From the human T2T-CHM13v2.0 reference genome, Homo sapiens, in NCBI RefSeq assembly GCF_009914755.1, contig NC_060927.1: a stretch of DNA of 64,000 bases. The stretch is one strand, 5' to 3'. The stretch's first letter is position 1. Each line of letters starts with the position of its first letter. Shown one piece after another: positions 27,793 through 40,525 of this stretch. The notes beneath the pieces are model-generated. The model searched no databases. It was given only the letters and a program-made list of their open reading frames with translations, and was not told the origin of the DNA. A program made the translations under genes and the position numbers.

Positions 27793-30336
27793 TGATATGG
27801 TTTGGATCTGTGTTCTGCCCAAATCTCATGTTGATATGTAATCCCCAATGCTGGGGTTGGGTCCTGGTGGGAGGTAATTGGATCAAGGGGGCCATTTCCT
27901 ATTAATGGTTTAGCACCATTCTGCAAGTGCTGTTCTCATGATAGAGTTGTCATGAGATCTACTTATTTTAAAATGTGAAGCACCTCCCCCGACCCCTTGT
28001 TACATTTCTGGTCATGTAAGACATGCTTGCTTCTCCTTCATCTTCTGCGGTGATTGTAAGTTTCCTGAGGCCTCCACAGAGACTGATGCTGCCAAGCTTC
28101 CTGTACAGCCTGCAGAACTGTGAGCCAATTAAACCTCTTTTCTTTATAAATTACCCAATTTCAGGTGTTTCTTTAGAAAAATGTGAGAATAAACTGATAC
28201 GGAATATTGGTACCAAGAAGCAGGGCACTGCTATAAGGATACCTGAAAATGTGGAAGCAGCTTTGGAATTGAGAAAGCAGCAGAAGTTGGAAGAGTGTGG
28301 AGGGTTCAGAAGAAGAGAGAATGGTAAGGAAAATGTTGGAACTTCCTAGAGGCTTGTTGAATGATCGTGACCAAAATGCTGATAGTAATATGGACAATGA
28401 AGTCCAAGTTGATGAAGTGTCAGATGGAAATGAGTTACTTATTGGGAACTGAAGTAAAGGTCACTTTTGTTATGCGTTAGCAAAGAGGTTGGCTGCATTG
28501 TCCAGCCTGGTCATGTGATTGAAGAGAAAAGCCCCTTTTCAGGAGAGAAATTCAAGCAGGCTGCAGAAATTTGCATAAGTAAAAAGGAGCCAAGTGCTAA
28601 TATCCAAGACATGGGGAAAAGACTCCAAAGGCATTTCAGACACCTTTGCAGCAGCCCTTCCAATCACAGGCCCAGAGGTCTAGGAGGGAAAAATGGTTTT
28701 CTGGGTGAGGCCCAGGGCCCTGCCACCCTGCGCAGCCTTGGGACACTGCCTCCTACCTCCCAGCTGCTCCAGCTCCAGCCATGGTTCAAGGGGGCCCAAT
28801 TATAGCTTCAGTGGGTATAAGCCATAAGCCTTGGCAGCTTCCTATGGTGTTAAGCTCATGGGTGCACAGAGTGCAAGAGTTCAGGCTCAGGAGCCTCTGC
28901 CTAGATTTCAGAGAACATATGGAAAAGCCTGAATGTCCAGGTGGAAGCCTGTTGCTGGGGTGGAGCCTTCATGGAGAACCTTTAATAGGGCAGTGCAAAG
29001 CAGAAGTGTAGGGTTGGAGCCCACACACAGAGTCCCCACTGGAGCACTGTCTAGTTGAGCTGTGAGAAGAGGACCACCATCCTCCAGGCCCTAGAATTGT
29101 AGATTCAACAACAGCTTGCACTGTGCACCTGGAAAAGCCACAGGCATTCAGTGCCAGCTTGTGAAAGCAGCCAAAGGGGTTTGTAACCTACAAAGCCACA
29201 AGGGTGGAGCTGCCCAAGGCATTGTTATCCCACTCCTTGTACCAGTGTGCCGTGGATGTGAGATATAGAATCAGAGGTTAATATTTGGGAGCTTTAAGAT
29301 TTAATGGCTGCCCTGCTGGGTTTGAGGTTTGCACAGGGCCTGTAGCCTTTCTTTTGGTTAATTTCTCCATTTTGAAATAGGAGTAACTACCCAATAGTTG
29401 TACCCCCATTGTATCTTGAAGTACCTAACTTGTTTTTGATTTTACAAGTTCATAGGCAGAAGGGACTAGCCTTGTCTCGAATAAAACTTTGGACTGTGGA
29501 CTTTTGAGTTAATGCTGGAATGAGTTAAGACTTTGGGGGACTGTTGGAAAGGCATGATTGCGTTTTGAAATGTGAGAAGGATGAGATTTGGAAGGGACCG
29601 GGGTAGAATGATATAGGTTTGGTCTGTCTCCCTGCCAAAATCTCATGTTGAAATGTAATCCTCCATCCTGGATGTGGGGTGTGGTAAAAGGTGATTGGCT
29701 TATGGGAGCTCTTTCTCATTAATGATTTAGCACCAGCCGCTAGTGCTGTTCTCGTGATAGAGTTCTCACGAGATCTGGTTGTTTAAAAGTGTGTAGTACC
29801 ACCTCCCTCCTTCTTGCTCCTGCTCCAGCCATGTAAGAGGTGCCTGCTTCCCCTTTGTCTTCTCCCATGATGGTAAGTTTCCTGAGGTCTCCTCAGAAGC
29901 TGATGCTGCTATGCTTCCTATATATTCTGCAGAATTGTGAGCCAGTTAAACCTTTTTCTTTATAAATTACCCAGTCTTAGGTATTTCTTTCTTTCTTTTT
30001 TTTTCTTTGAGACAGCATCTCACACTGTCGCCTGGGATGGAGTGGAGTGCAATGGCGTGATCTCGGCTCACTGCAACCTTTGCCTCCCTAGTTCAAGAGA
30101 TTCTTCTGCTTCAGCCTCCTGAGTAGCTCCTGAGTACAGGAGCCTGCCACCACACCCAGCTAATTTTTTTTGTATTTTTAGTAGAGACGGGGTTTCACTA
30201 TGTTGGCCAGGCTGGTCTCTAACTGCTGACCTCGTGATCCACTCATCTTGGCCTCCCAAAGTGTTGGGATTACAGGCGTGAGCCACTGAGCCCAGCCAGG
30301 TATTTCTTTACAGCAGTGGAAGAACAGACTAATACA
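27793..30336 (+). mobile_element. Full-structure MSTA provirus (5' LTR 27793-~28201, internal region, 3' LTR 29609-30336)
   Basis: Two similar LTRs, both starting TGATAT; TGGTACC just after the 5' LTR; purine tract before 29609; 5-bp TSD GGTTG/GGCTG. Confidence 0.9.
29991..30297 (-). mobile_element. AluS (Sg-like) inside the MSTA 3' LTR
   Basis: Perfect TSD AGGTATTTCTTT at 29979-29990 and 30298-30309. Confidence 0.95.
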
Positions 30337-30947
30337 GGCTGTCTTAGCAAAATACTAGACTGGGTGGCTTCAGTAACAAAAATTTATTGTCTCATACTTC
30401 TGGAGGCTGGACATCCAAGATCAAGATGCTAGTGGAGTTTTTTTTTTCTGAGGGCCATAAGGAAAAGAACCATTATCAGACCTCTCTCCTTGGCTTGCAG
30501 GTGGCCACCTGCTTGCTGCCCCTTCATTTGGTCTTTCCTCTGTCTGCATGCCCTTTATGGCTCTTTTTGTGTGCAAATTTCCTCTTCTTAGAAGGACACA
30601 AGACAGGCTGGATTTGGGCCCTGCTAACAACCTCATCTTAATGTAATCACCTGTTTAAATGTGCTATCTCCAAACATAGTCACATTCTGAGGTACTTGGG
30701 GTTAGGGCTTCAGTGTATGAATTTTGGGTGAACACAATTCAGCTTGTAATCCTCATCAATCCAATCTGTCAGTCACTGGCTATAGGCAACATCTAGGGAA
30801 GAGGGTGAGGAGTAACATTTCCAGTGTCCCTGAGAAGTCACTTGGAGCAGTGGGAGGATAGATAGAGGGGTTACTGAATAAAGGTGATCTGGTAGGGCAA
30901 CCCACAGTGCCAACTGCAGAAATTATTATATGCCAGTGGAAGAATCA

Positions 30948-31678
30948 TGAAGTTCATAAACGTGGAATGGAGAACTTTATTTCTCATAAAGGGTTGCAGC
31001 CTCTGGGCTGGCCACTACACAGGCTGGAAAGTATCGCCTCTGGAAGAAGCCAAGTTCAAACACTTTGAGGCAGGGGCAAAAGGAACAGAAGTTTATGCTG
31101 AGCAGTTGACTAAGTATCCATATTCTATAAACTAAAGGAGGAGTCATGAATATTTATGAAAGGAGAAACCATGCCCATGAGCAATTGAGCTTCATGCCTC
31201 TTCATGAATTGCATAGAAAAAAGCATGGCTGTGCTGGCATGATGAGGGTGGATGTTTTGGCCCTCTGATGTCAAATGGTGAAGCAGAGGACACGAAAACC
31301 TTTACTGCACATCCTCCATGAGTTGGTCAAAAGCAGTCCAGAGGTGGTGGTCATTTTTTTAGAAAGGGGTGCATTGTAAAACTAGTGAGCTGTCATGTCA
31401 AAACTGCAAAGCTGGAGGGGGAGTCCAGTCGTGGCCTCAGATGACTGATTAAGGGAAATAATGGAATGAATCAGCTGTTTCTTGTTTTCCAGAACTTGTT
31501 TCTGCTTACTCCTCAGGAAAAAATTCTGGTTAAAGGTTAATAAGGGAGGGGAGGACTGAGGCACATCTGACCTCTTATCCCATCATGGCTGGGAGCTCAG
31601 TTTTCCCTTTGGTCCCTTTGGCTCAGAAGGGGCCCATTCAGTCAGTCAACGGGCTTAGGATTTTATTTTTATTTCTCA
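30948..31678 (-). mobile_element. MER39-like ERV1 solo LTR
   Basis: The minus strand starts TGAGAAATAAAAATAAAATCCTAAGCCC, as recalled for MER39; TG...CA ends; flanks ATCA/ATAA. Confidence 0.8.
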
Positions 31679-32235
31679 ATAAATAGAAGTAACTAATATT
31701 TCATGATCCCTTAATAATTAGGTATTTCATCAAATTTAGGAACCCATTAACAATAACACACACTATTATTTTAAGGACTGTAAGAAAAGAAAACCATGCC
31801 ACAAGATGGCAATCTAATAGGAAACCTCCAGAAAAGTGGGACACAAAAGAATTAAATTCTCAATGTCAAGAAAAATGAGTAATGAAACCACCATGCAGAA
31901 AGGCAGTAAGAAACATTCATGTTTATATATTGGCACACGATAGAAGAAAGAAAAAAATAACTCCCTTAAAAATTTGGACCTTAAGCTCTTACTAACATGA
32001 ATTTTTGACTTTAATTCACACTACTCAGGTGGTCCAAAACCCTAAGCAGACAATTTAATTAAAAGTGCTCTCAGGTATGCAGTGCCCCCAAATAATTGGA
32101 GGAGCAAATACCAATGTGACCAAACGGTGAAGATGCACTGATTAGAAAACGCTTCCTCCGCAGATGTCAAATGATGATAAATAGTGATGATAACAAGGAT
32201 AGACAAAATTTTGTATAATCTGAGGCTTTTTCTTT

Positions 32236-32451
32236 AGTGTTGGCAAACTGCAGCCTGTGGGCTGGCTGCTGCTCCTTGTTATAAATAAAGTTTTATTGGA
32301 AGACAATCATGCCATTCATTTCTATACAATCTATGGCTACTTTTGTGATATAACAGCACAGTTAAATAGTTGCCACAGAGACCATATGACCTACAAAACT
32401 GGCAAGAATTATTATCTGACCCTTTACAAAAAAAGTTTGCTGAACCCCTGA
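32236..32451. mobile_element. MER58A-like hAT-Charlie MITE
   Basis: GTGTTGGCAAACT ... AGTTTGCTGAACCCCTG inverted termini; AAATAAAGTTTTATTGGAA. Confidence 0.8.
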
Positions 32452-33271
32452 TGAATTTCCACCTATTACATTATTTCATTTTAACCACAATCTTATGTGG
32501 TAGATAACATTATATCCCCATTTTATAGGCCGGGAAACAGGGACCAAGAGGTTAAATGACTTACCCAATGTCACATACTAGTAAATAGCATAAGAAAAAT
32601 TTGATTATAGGTATGTCATTAACTTCCAGTGGTTAATTATGTAAGAGGGGAAGGTATCCAAAGAAAATGGGCTGCGTGATAGTAGGCGTTCAATAGATAG
32701 TTTGTTGTATGAATAAATGCATGAATTAATGGATATAGTCAAGATGTGGCAGAACCAGGATTTTAACCCAGGCCACTCTGAATCCAAATTCCAATATCTC
32801 TTAAAAACAAGATATAAAAGTGTAATTAACCGCAGAGACAGAGACTGCCTTAGCCTCTACCCTTAATTAACTTGACAGAGTAACCCACACCTTTTTTTCT
32901 GATAAAAACATGCTGACTCATGCATCCACTAGGGTACTCACAAATACTTTTGTTCCCAGCAGATGTGCTCTTTGAATCCCATTTTAATCTGCATTTTTAT
33001 TAACTGACCTACTGTTGTCCTGATTACATTGAAGAAGAGGTCATCCATTGTACCAGATACAGGACTTTCTGTGAGTTAATAGATCCAAAGGCAGGGAAAT
33101 AATTTTCCTTAACAAATTATCCATTTGTTTCCCAATATTTAGAAGAAAAGTCATTATTTTTGTTAACAATTAAAATAAAATTAGTTAAAAGCCCTATGTT
33201 AATTGAATGCTCATTATAAAGTTAAAAATAATTTGAGTGAAGTATTTATATCTGTGCTTATAAATATTTCT

Positions 33272-33598
33272 TTTTTTTTTTTTTTTTTGAGACAGAGTCT
33301 TGCTCTGTCGCCCAGGCTGGAGTGCAGTGGTGTGATCTCGGCTCACTGCAAGCTCCGCCCCCTGGGTTCACGCCAGTGTCCTGCCTTCACGCCAGTGTCC
33401 TGCCTTAGCCTCCCGAGTAGCTGGGTCTGCAGGCGACCGCCACCTCTCCCCGCTAATTTTTTTTTTTTTTTTGTATTTTTAGTAGAGACGGGGTTTCACC
33501 ATGTTAGCCAGGATGGTCTCGATCTCCTGACCTCGTGATCTGCCCGCCTCGGCCTCCCAAAGTGCTGGGATTACAGGCGTGAGCCACCTTGCCCGGCC
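33272..33598 (-). mobile_element. AluY with a 19-bp internal tandem duplication
   Basis: Y-type diagnostics (CTGCAAGCTCC, GTTCACGCCA, TTAGCCAGGATGG); perfect 19-bp TSD TGTGCTTATAAATATTTCT at 33253-33271 and 33599-33617. Confidence 0.96.
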
Positions 33599-35380
33599 TG
33601 TGCTTATAAATATTTCTATAAAATATTCAGCTTAAAATTGTTGTAAAAAGATTATTAAAATAGGAAAATAATTCAATAGTTAATAGAAAAAAGGAATATT
33701 TTTCATTATGAAAAACTCTTTTTTAATTTAAGCAAGAAAATATTAACCTACTGGTGATAGTAGAAACAAGATGGCAGGTTCTTTTCTCAAGAGGAGCTCG
33801 CTGTGTAGTAGGCGAGCCTGTGTTGAACCCAAGCAGATCTGGCTCTAGAGTCTCTGCTTTTAACTACTATATTCTACTGCCTTTTCCTGAGAAATGCCAT
33901 TTTGCACAAAGATCTCTGCAAATTGCTTAAAAAGCTTTCTATTGGAGCAGAGTGGAGGAGATATTTGAAATGAGTTTTGAATGGCTCATGGGAGCTTAGC
34001 AAGAGAATGAGGAAGAAAGAAAGAAGGTGAGATGAGATTTAAAAAATAAAAAATTGTGCTGAGGCCAGAGGCATGAAACAACATATTAGGGTCAGAGAGT
34101 TTAAAGTGGTTTGGTAATGGTAGAGGGTAGGGTGAATGTTGGGACATGGTGAAGGATGAAACAAATAAACAAAGTAATAATAACATGCCCTAGTTTGACT
34201 TTCAGCCAATGAACAGCAAGGAGTCACTGAAGAATTTAAACAACAGAATGAGAAACTCAGATTTTTATTATTGAAAATTGTCATTCTGGCAGTAGCACGT
34301 GAAATGACTTGGAATGGGGAAGGCAGGGATCTCTCTGAACCTTCCTTAACAGTGGTCTTTGCTGACCTTTCCTCTCCTGCCTATTCTTTACATACCACCA
34401 TGGCCCAAGAGCCAGGCCCTGGCCTCTTCTTGTCACTTTCTACAATTCCTTGGCCAATCTCATCCATTCCCATGATTCACGCATCTGTACAAGTGAGCTG
34501 GATCCCTCTCTTGAGAAATAGTCTGATGGTACACATTCACAGCAGCTTGGAGCAGAGGAATCTCAAAGTCCACATATCCAAGGAACAGAAGAAGCTCAAC
34601 TCTGTGGATTCAGATCTGACTGACAACCCTCCAACTCATACCATGAACTGAAATTAGTAATTGACCTTACCATCCCATCTAATAGGCAAGCCAGGAAATC
34701 AGAGGCCCTCCTAAATTTCTCTCTTTCTCTCACCACCCATTGCATTTTATCCCATCAATTTCAAATTAATACTTGTATTCTGTTAACTCAACCTATAATA
34801 GTCCCATCCCTCCCTTTCAGTGTGGAACCTGAAGAGCTTTTAAACTCTTATATAGATGTTAGAACTCCAATGCCCAGAGAGTCTGAGTTAAACGGTCTGG
34901 CATGAGGCTCAGGACTGGTATCTCTTAAATGTTTTTTAGGTGTTTTGGATGTGCAGCTATGAGTGAGAATCATTGCTCTCAGCCAAATAAACTGTTAGTG
35001 ATTTGTCCATTGCTTCCACCTCCATGTTCTCTCTCATTCTCAGCCCATGGCATGTCCTTCAGCCATGTTAAAGGCATGGTAAGTTCTTGAATATGCCGAT
35101 TTATTCCAAGCCTCCCTGCTTTGACTTATGCTATTCTCTATGTCTGCATTTCCTACCATTATCCTTCTCTATACACTTGAGCCTTCTCTCCTCAAGTAGA
35201 ACTGATTATTCCTTCATTTTGCCTCAGCCCCTGAGGTCCTTCCTCATATTTTAGAGTATCTATAACTTCATTGCCTTTGTTCTTTACCTATCTATCTTCC
35301 CCGACCCTGGAAATCACTCTCTGAGTTGAGCGATCATCCAGTTTCATTCTTAGAAATATTTCAGAACCTTACATATAGAA

Positions 35381-35749
35381 CAGACTCTCTCAAATGGTAT
35401 GCTATTGATACTTTGGGCTGAGAAATCCTCTGTTGTAGGGATCCATCCTACAGCAGGATGTTTAGCAACATCCCTCGTCTCTACCCACTAGATGATAAGT
35501 AGCAACCCCTTCCCACTTGTGATAATCAAAAAGTGGCACATGTCTATAGTCCCAGCTACTCAGGAAGCTGAGACAGAAGGAGCTCTTGAAGTTGGCCAGC
35601 CTGTGCAACACAGCACGATCCTGTAAAAAAATGAAAAAACAAAAACAAACAAACAAAACCAATAACAACAAAAAAAAACACCTACAAACATTGTCCAACT
35701 CTGGGGTGGGTGTGAGGAGGACAAAATCAACCCTGCTGAGGACAACTGA
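35381..35749. mobile_element. MER20 with an Alu-monomer fragment inserted (~35532-35680)
   Basis: GGATGTTTAGCAACATCCCTCGTCTCTACCCACTAGATG (MER20-like); the insert reads TAGTCCCAGCTACTCAGGAAGCTGAG plus an A-rich tail. Confidence 0.75.
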
Positions 35750-35779
35750 GATGCTAAAACTGATTGGTGGAGGACATGT

Positions 35780-38140
35780 AGAAAGTGTGGCTGCTTGTTA
35801 TGCTGATGGTTTCTTTAAAACAAGCCTCCCTATGTAGTCCCCTCTTCTGTTGACTCAGGGCTTAGCCATGTGATTTACTTTGGTCAATAGGTCATCAACA
35901 AGGACAATGCCCACAGAGGCTTGAAAAAAGCTTGTTGTACTAGGGATTGCCCCTTTGGAGCTCAGCTACCATGTATAAAGCCCAGGCTAGTTTCCTCGAG
36001 GATGAGACACCACAAGAAAAGAGAGACACCCATACCACAAAGAGAAAGAAGCCCAAGTCTTCCAACATTCCAGTGAGGCCTGCTCCCAGTGTACCTGCTA
36101 TATGAATATACCCAGGTGAGACCAGTAGTAGAATATCCCAGCCAAACCACAGGATCATGAGAAACAATAAATCATTATCTGTGACTTTATATTTAGAACA
36201 CTCCATCATCTCAGCCCAAAAACTTATTGAACTGATAATAAATTTCAAGGAAGTCTCAGTATACAAAATAAATGTGCAAAGATAGCAATCATTCCTTTAC
36301 ACCAACAGTAGGCAAGCAGAGAGCCAAATCATGAATGAATTCCCATTCACAAATGCTACAAAGAGAATAAAATACCTAGGAATACAGCTAACAAGGGATG
36401 TGAAGGACCTCTTCAAGGAGAACTACAAACCATTGTTCAAGGAAATAAGAGAGGACACAAACAAATGGAAAAACATTCCATCCTCATGGATAGGAAGAAT
36501 CAGTATCGTGAAAATGGCCACACAGCCCAAAATAATCTATAGATTCAATGCTCTTCCTATCAAACTACCTTTAACATTCTTCACAGAATTAGAACAAATC
36601 TACTTTAAATTTCATATGGAATCAAAGAAGACCCCATATAGCCAAGACAATCCTAAACAAAAAGAATGAAGCTGGAGGCATCACACTACCTGATTTCAAA
36701 CTATACTACAAGGCTACAGTAACCAAAACAGCATGGCACTGGTACCAAAACAGACATATAGACCAATGGAGCAGAACGGAGACCTCAAAAATAACACCAC
36801 ACATCTACAATCATCTACAACTTAACAAAAACAAGCAATGGGGAAAGGATCTCCTATTTATTAAATGGTGCTGGGAAAACTGGCTAGCCATATGCAGAAA
36901 ACTGAAACTGGACCCCTTCCTTACACCTTATACAAAAATTAACTCAAGATGGGTTAAAGAATTAAATGTAAAACCCAAAACCATAAAAACCCTAGAAGAA
37001 AACCTAGGCAATACCATTCAGGACATAGGCATGGGCAAAGACTTCATGACAAAATCGCCAAAAGCAATTGCAACAAAAGCCAAAATTGACAAATGGAATC
37101 TAATTAAACTAAAGAACTTCTGCACAGGAAAAGAAACTATCATCAGAGTGAACAGGCAACCTAAAGAATGGGAGGAAACTTTTGCATTCTACCCATCTGA
37201 CAAGGTCTAATATCCATAATTTACAAGGAGTTTAAACATATTTACAAGAAACAAACAACCCCATTCAAAAAGTGGGCAATGGATATGAACAGACACTTCT
37301 CAAAAGAAGACATTTACATGGCCAACAAATATTTGAAAAAAAGCTCAACATCACTGATCATCAGAGAAATGCAAATCAAAACCACAATGAGATACCATCT
37401 CATATCAGTCAGAATGGCGATTATTAAAAAGTCAGGAAACAATAGTTGCTGGCAAGGCTGTGGAGAAATAGGAATGCTTTTACACTGCTGGTGGGAGTGT
37501 AAATTAGTTCAACCACTGTGGAAGACAGTATGGTGACTCCTCAAGGATCTAGAACCAGAAATACCATTTGACCCAGCAATCCCATTACTGGGTATATACC
37601 CAAAGGAATATAAATCATTCTACTATAAAGACACATGCACACATATGTTTATTGCAGCACTGTTTACAATAGCAAAGACATGGAATGAACCCAAATGCCA
37701 ATTAATGATAGACTGGATAAAGAAAAAGTGGTACATATACACCTTGGAATACTATGCAGCCATAAAAAGGAATGAGATCATGGCCTTTTCAGGGACATGG
37801 ATGAAGCTGGAAGCCATCATCATCAGCAAACTGCCACAGGAACAAGAAACCAAACACCCATGGTCTTGCTCATAACTGGGAGTTGAACATCTGTGACCAG
37901 ATGGACACAGAGAGGGGAACAGCACACACCAGGGCCTGTTGGGGATAGGGGGTGAAAGGAAGGAACTTAGAGGACAGGTCATTAGGTGAGCAAACCACCA
38001 TGGCACATGTATACCTATGTAACAAACCTGCACGTTCTGCACATGTATCCCTTTTTTTATTTTTTAGAAGAAATAAGAGAAAATATCATTGTCTGAAGCC
38101 ACTAAGTTGTGGTGTGGTACATTATGTAGTAATACAGAAT
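35780..38140 (+). mobile_element. MLT1-family LTR split by L1
   Basis: CTTAGCCATGTGATTTACTTTGGTCAATAG...CCACAGGATCATGAGAAACAATAAA; resumes GAAGCCACTAAGTTGTGGTGTGG after the L1. Confidence 0.7.
36183..38078 (+). mobile_element. 5'-truncated L1PA (L1PA10-12-like): ORF2 C-terminal remnant and 3' UTR
   Basis: ORF2 peptides [46 protein letters not shown] and MFIAALFTIAKTWN; 3' UTR AACAAACCTGCACGTTCTGCACATGTATCCC; degenerate TSD ATCATTATCTG/ATCATTGTCTG. Confidence 0.95.
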
Positions 38141-38359
38141 ATGGAGGTCATTTTAAAAGTGCAGTGAAAGGAACTGAGAATCTGAACTAGGGCAGTGGTG
38201 GTGGGAATAGAAAGTGGTGTGGAATTTAGTTTAATGTTTTCTGTACTCTGCTGAGCAATCTACTAAGTACCCTGCAGGATTCACATTTATCAATAATTGA
38301 TGATTTATACTTGTACACTTTTTTTAAAGATTTGAAAACCTTTATTACCTCAGTAATTA

Positions 38360-38570
38360 TTTTCTTAAGTGTTTGCTATGCATTAGGCACTTTACAAGCA
38401 TTAGTTCATTTAATCCTCGTAACAACACTATGAAGTGAGTCATACTATCAGTCCATTTTATAAATGAGGGAACCAAGGCTTATAAAATTAAATACTTGAC
38501 CCCATCAAATAGCTAGTAAGTGGTGAAACCAGGATTCAGACTAAGCTCTGTCTGACTCCTGAAGAATTGC
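38360..38570 (-). mobile_element. MIR
   Basis: TCATTTAATCCTCGTAACAACACTATGAAG...ATGAGGGAACCAAGGC...AGCTAGTAAGTGGTGAAACCAGGATTC. Confidence 0.75.
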
Positions 38571-39994
38571 TTTTAAATATTCTTCTACATTTTCAAAAAA
38601 GTGTTTGGTGTAAGATCTTTATTTGATCTTTCTGGGAGTAGAGAAAAGCTATTTGCCATTCTTTTCATTCTCAACAATCCCTTTCCCAGGCTGAAGTTTC
38701 AGTTTAACAGGGAGTATTTTTATTGTGAATAACTGCAAGGTCAATTTGTGGTACATTTTCACTTCCTGAATGATACAAGTTTCAGGGAAATGGATGTGAG
38801 GGACATGAATTTCCAGTCTATATTAGCAGCCACCAAAGATTATTTGCTGTGAACTGATTAGCCCCTCATCTCCCTTCTCTTCTTCAAAATCTAAGGAACG
38901 TTCTGTCTTTTCCAGCACTTCGAGGACTTTTTGTGATTTAGAATGGGAAGCATGGGGCAGAGAGAAAGTCAACTTGAGTGGACAGAGCCAGAGGTGTGCT
39001 TCTGCTGAAGGTAGGGATTTGAGGGGTTAGCAGGAAGGAGAGGTCCCTAAGAGGGAATAAGTTCACATATGACCTTGCTATATATCAAGGTTATAGATTC
39101 CTTTACTTGCTCTATTTACAGCTTTCCCAAATGTTGCTCACACTATCTGAAGCCACATAACCAAGGATTATAAACTTTCTTGAGAAAGCATTACTAAACT
39201 TCCCCAGACTTGGCAAAGTACACGCTTAGCTGTTCTTATCGTGCCTACAGCTGTGGGGAGCTTTCTTTGAAGAGTCTCTCCTCCCCATCACCAAATGCAG
39301 TATCAGGAAATTCCACCTGAGAAACTATTGTTTTTTACACGTCATTTGAAATATGGCTTCTGAGATTTCAAATTAAATTAACAGCAGCCTGCAGTCTTGA
39401 CTGCTTCTAGAAAAAACTGTGTATAAAAAGCCCAGCCATCTTTTGATCTAAAAGTTCTGTATGTATTTAAATTTCCTAGTATCTCATGTTTACATTAGAA
39501 ATGCCCATCTGGGTTTGCTGAATGAGGAATAATTGTGTGTCCATTTGTTTTTCTCTGATTTGTAGTTACTTCACTATCTCAAGATAAAAGAATATTTTAC
39601 CTCGGTGAGAGAGGACTCAAGTTTTTTTGACAATGTCATTTGTGATACAGCCAAGGGCTTTATAACTGACTGTATACATCTAAGTGGCTATTTAACTGAA
39701 AAGAAAATAAATTTGGTTCAATGCTTGAGTCTATGCTAATGTCGACTGTGACAGAACTTTCCTTTCTTTACTCTCTAATCCAGCAGAGGGCACTGATCAA
39801 ACATCAGTGGCTTTAAACCTAGACGCCTTGTTCACTGAATAGTTTATCAGTGCTATTAGATAATTATTCTCTTCAAGCCATTATCTAACTGGAAGCAAAC
39901 TTTGGAAAATGATGTGTACATTGGCCTTGGTAAATGGTTTATGGATTTAAAATAATAATTTTCAACACAACTGCACCCTGTATTCTCTATATTT

Positions 39995-40322
39995 TTGCCG
40001 TTCAGTACAGCAACCACTTGCCATGAGGGGTTACTGAGCACTTGAAATGTGACTAGTTTGAATTGAGATGTGCTGTTAGGCATGCAATACACACTGGCTT
40101 TTAAAGACTTAGTGCCAAAAAAAGAATGCAAAACGTCTCACTAGGTTTTTGTTGTTTTTGTTTTTTTAATTGGTGAAAAGTTGAAATCATGTTTTGGATA
40201 CGTTGGGTTAAATATACGATTTAAATAAATTTTAGCTGTTTCTTTTCACTTTTTTAACTTTTCTACTAGAAAATTTAAAATGACAGATGTTGCTTGCATT
40301 GTATTTCCACTGTGAAGCACTG
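39995..40322. mobile_element. MER33-like hAT element
   Basis: GAGCACTTGAAATGTGACTAGTTTGAATTGAGATGTGCTG...CTACTAGAAAATTTAAAAT. Confidence 0.75.
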
Positions 40323-40525
40323 ATCTCACTCTTAGAACACTTCTTTTCTTCTCTAAGAGTAAGTGTTTTCCAATTATACTGCCTATTTTGCGGTCCAAGC
40401 CCCTATTCTTGCTTTCCCTCAATGTTTCTCGTCTTCCCAGATGAATCCAGAAACCACAGGTCCCCAGTGGTACCTTGGCACTGTGAGAGTCACCTGAAAA
40501 CTACCTTTAAAAAGTCAATGGCCAA

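Larger units (their letters stand above)
27773..30752 (-). mobile_element. MLT1 (A/B-like) LTR split by the MSTA provirus
   Basis: GTATTAGTTTGATGGGGTTG at 27773-27792 continues as GGCTGTCTTAGCAAAATACTAGACTGGGTGGC at 30337 onward. Confidence 0.75.

Noticed and set aside
36331-37875. Coding L1 ORF2
   Set aside because: The element is 5'-truncated and interrupted by stops and frameshifts.
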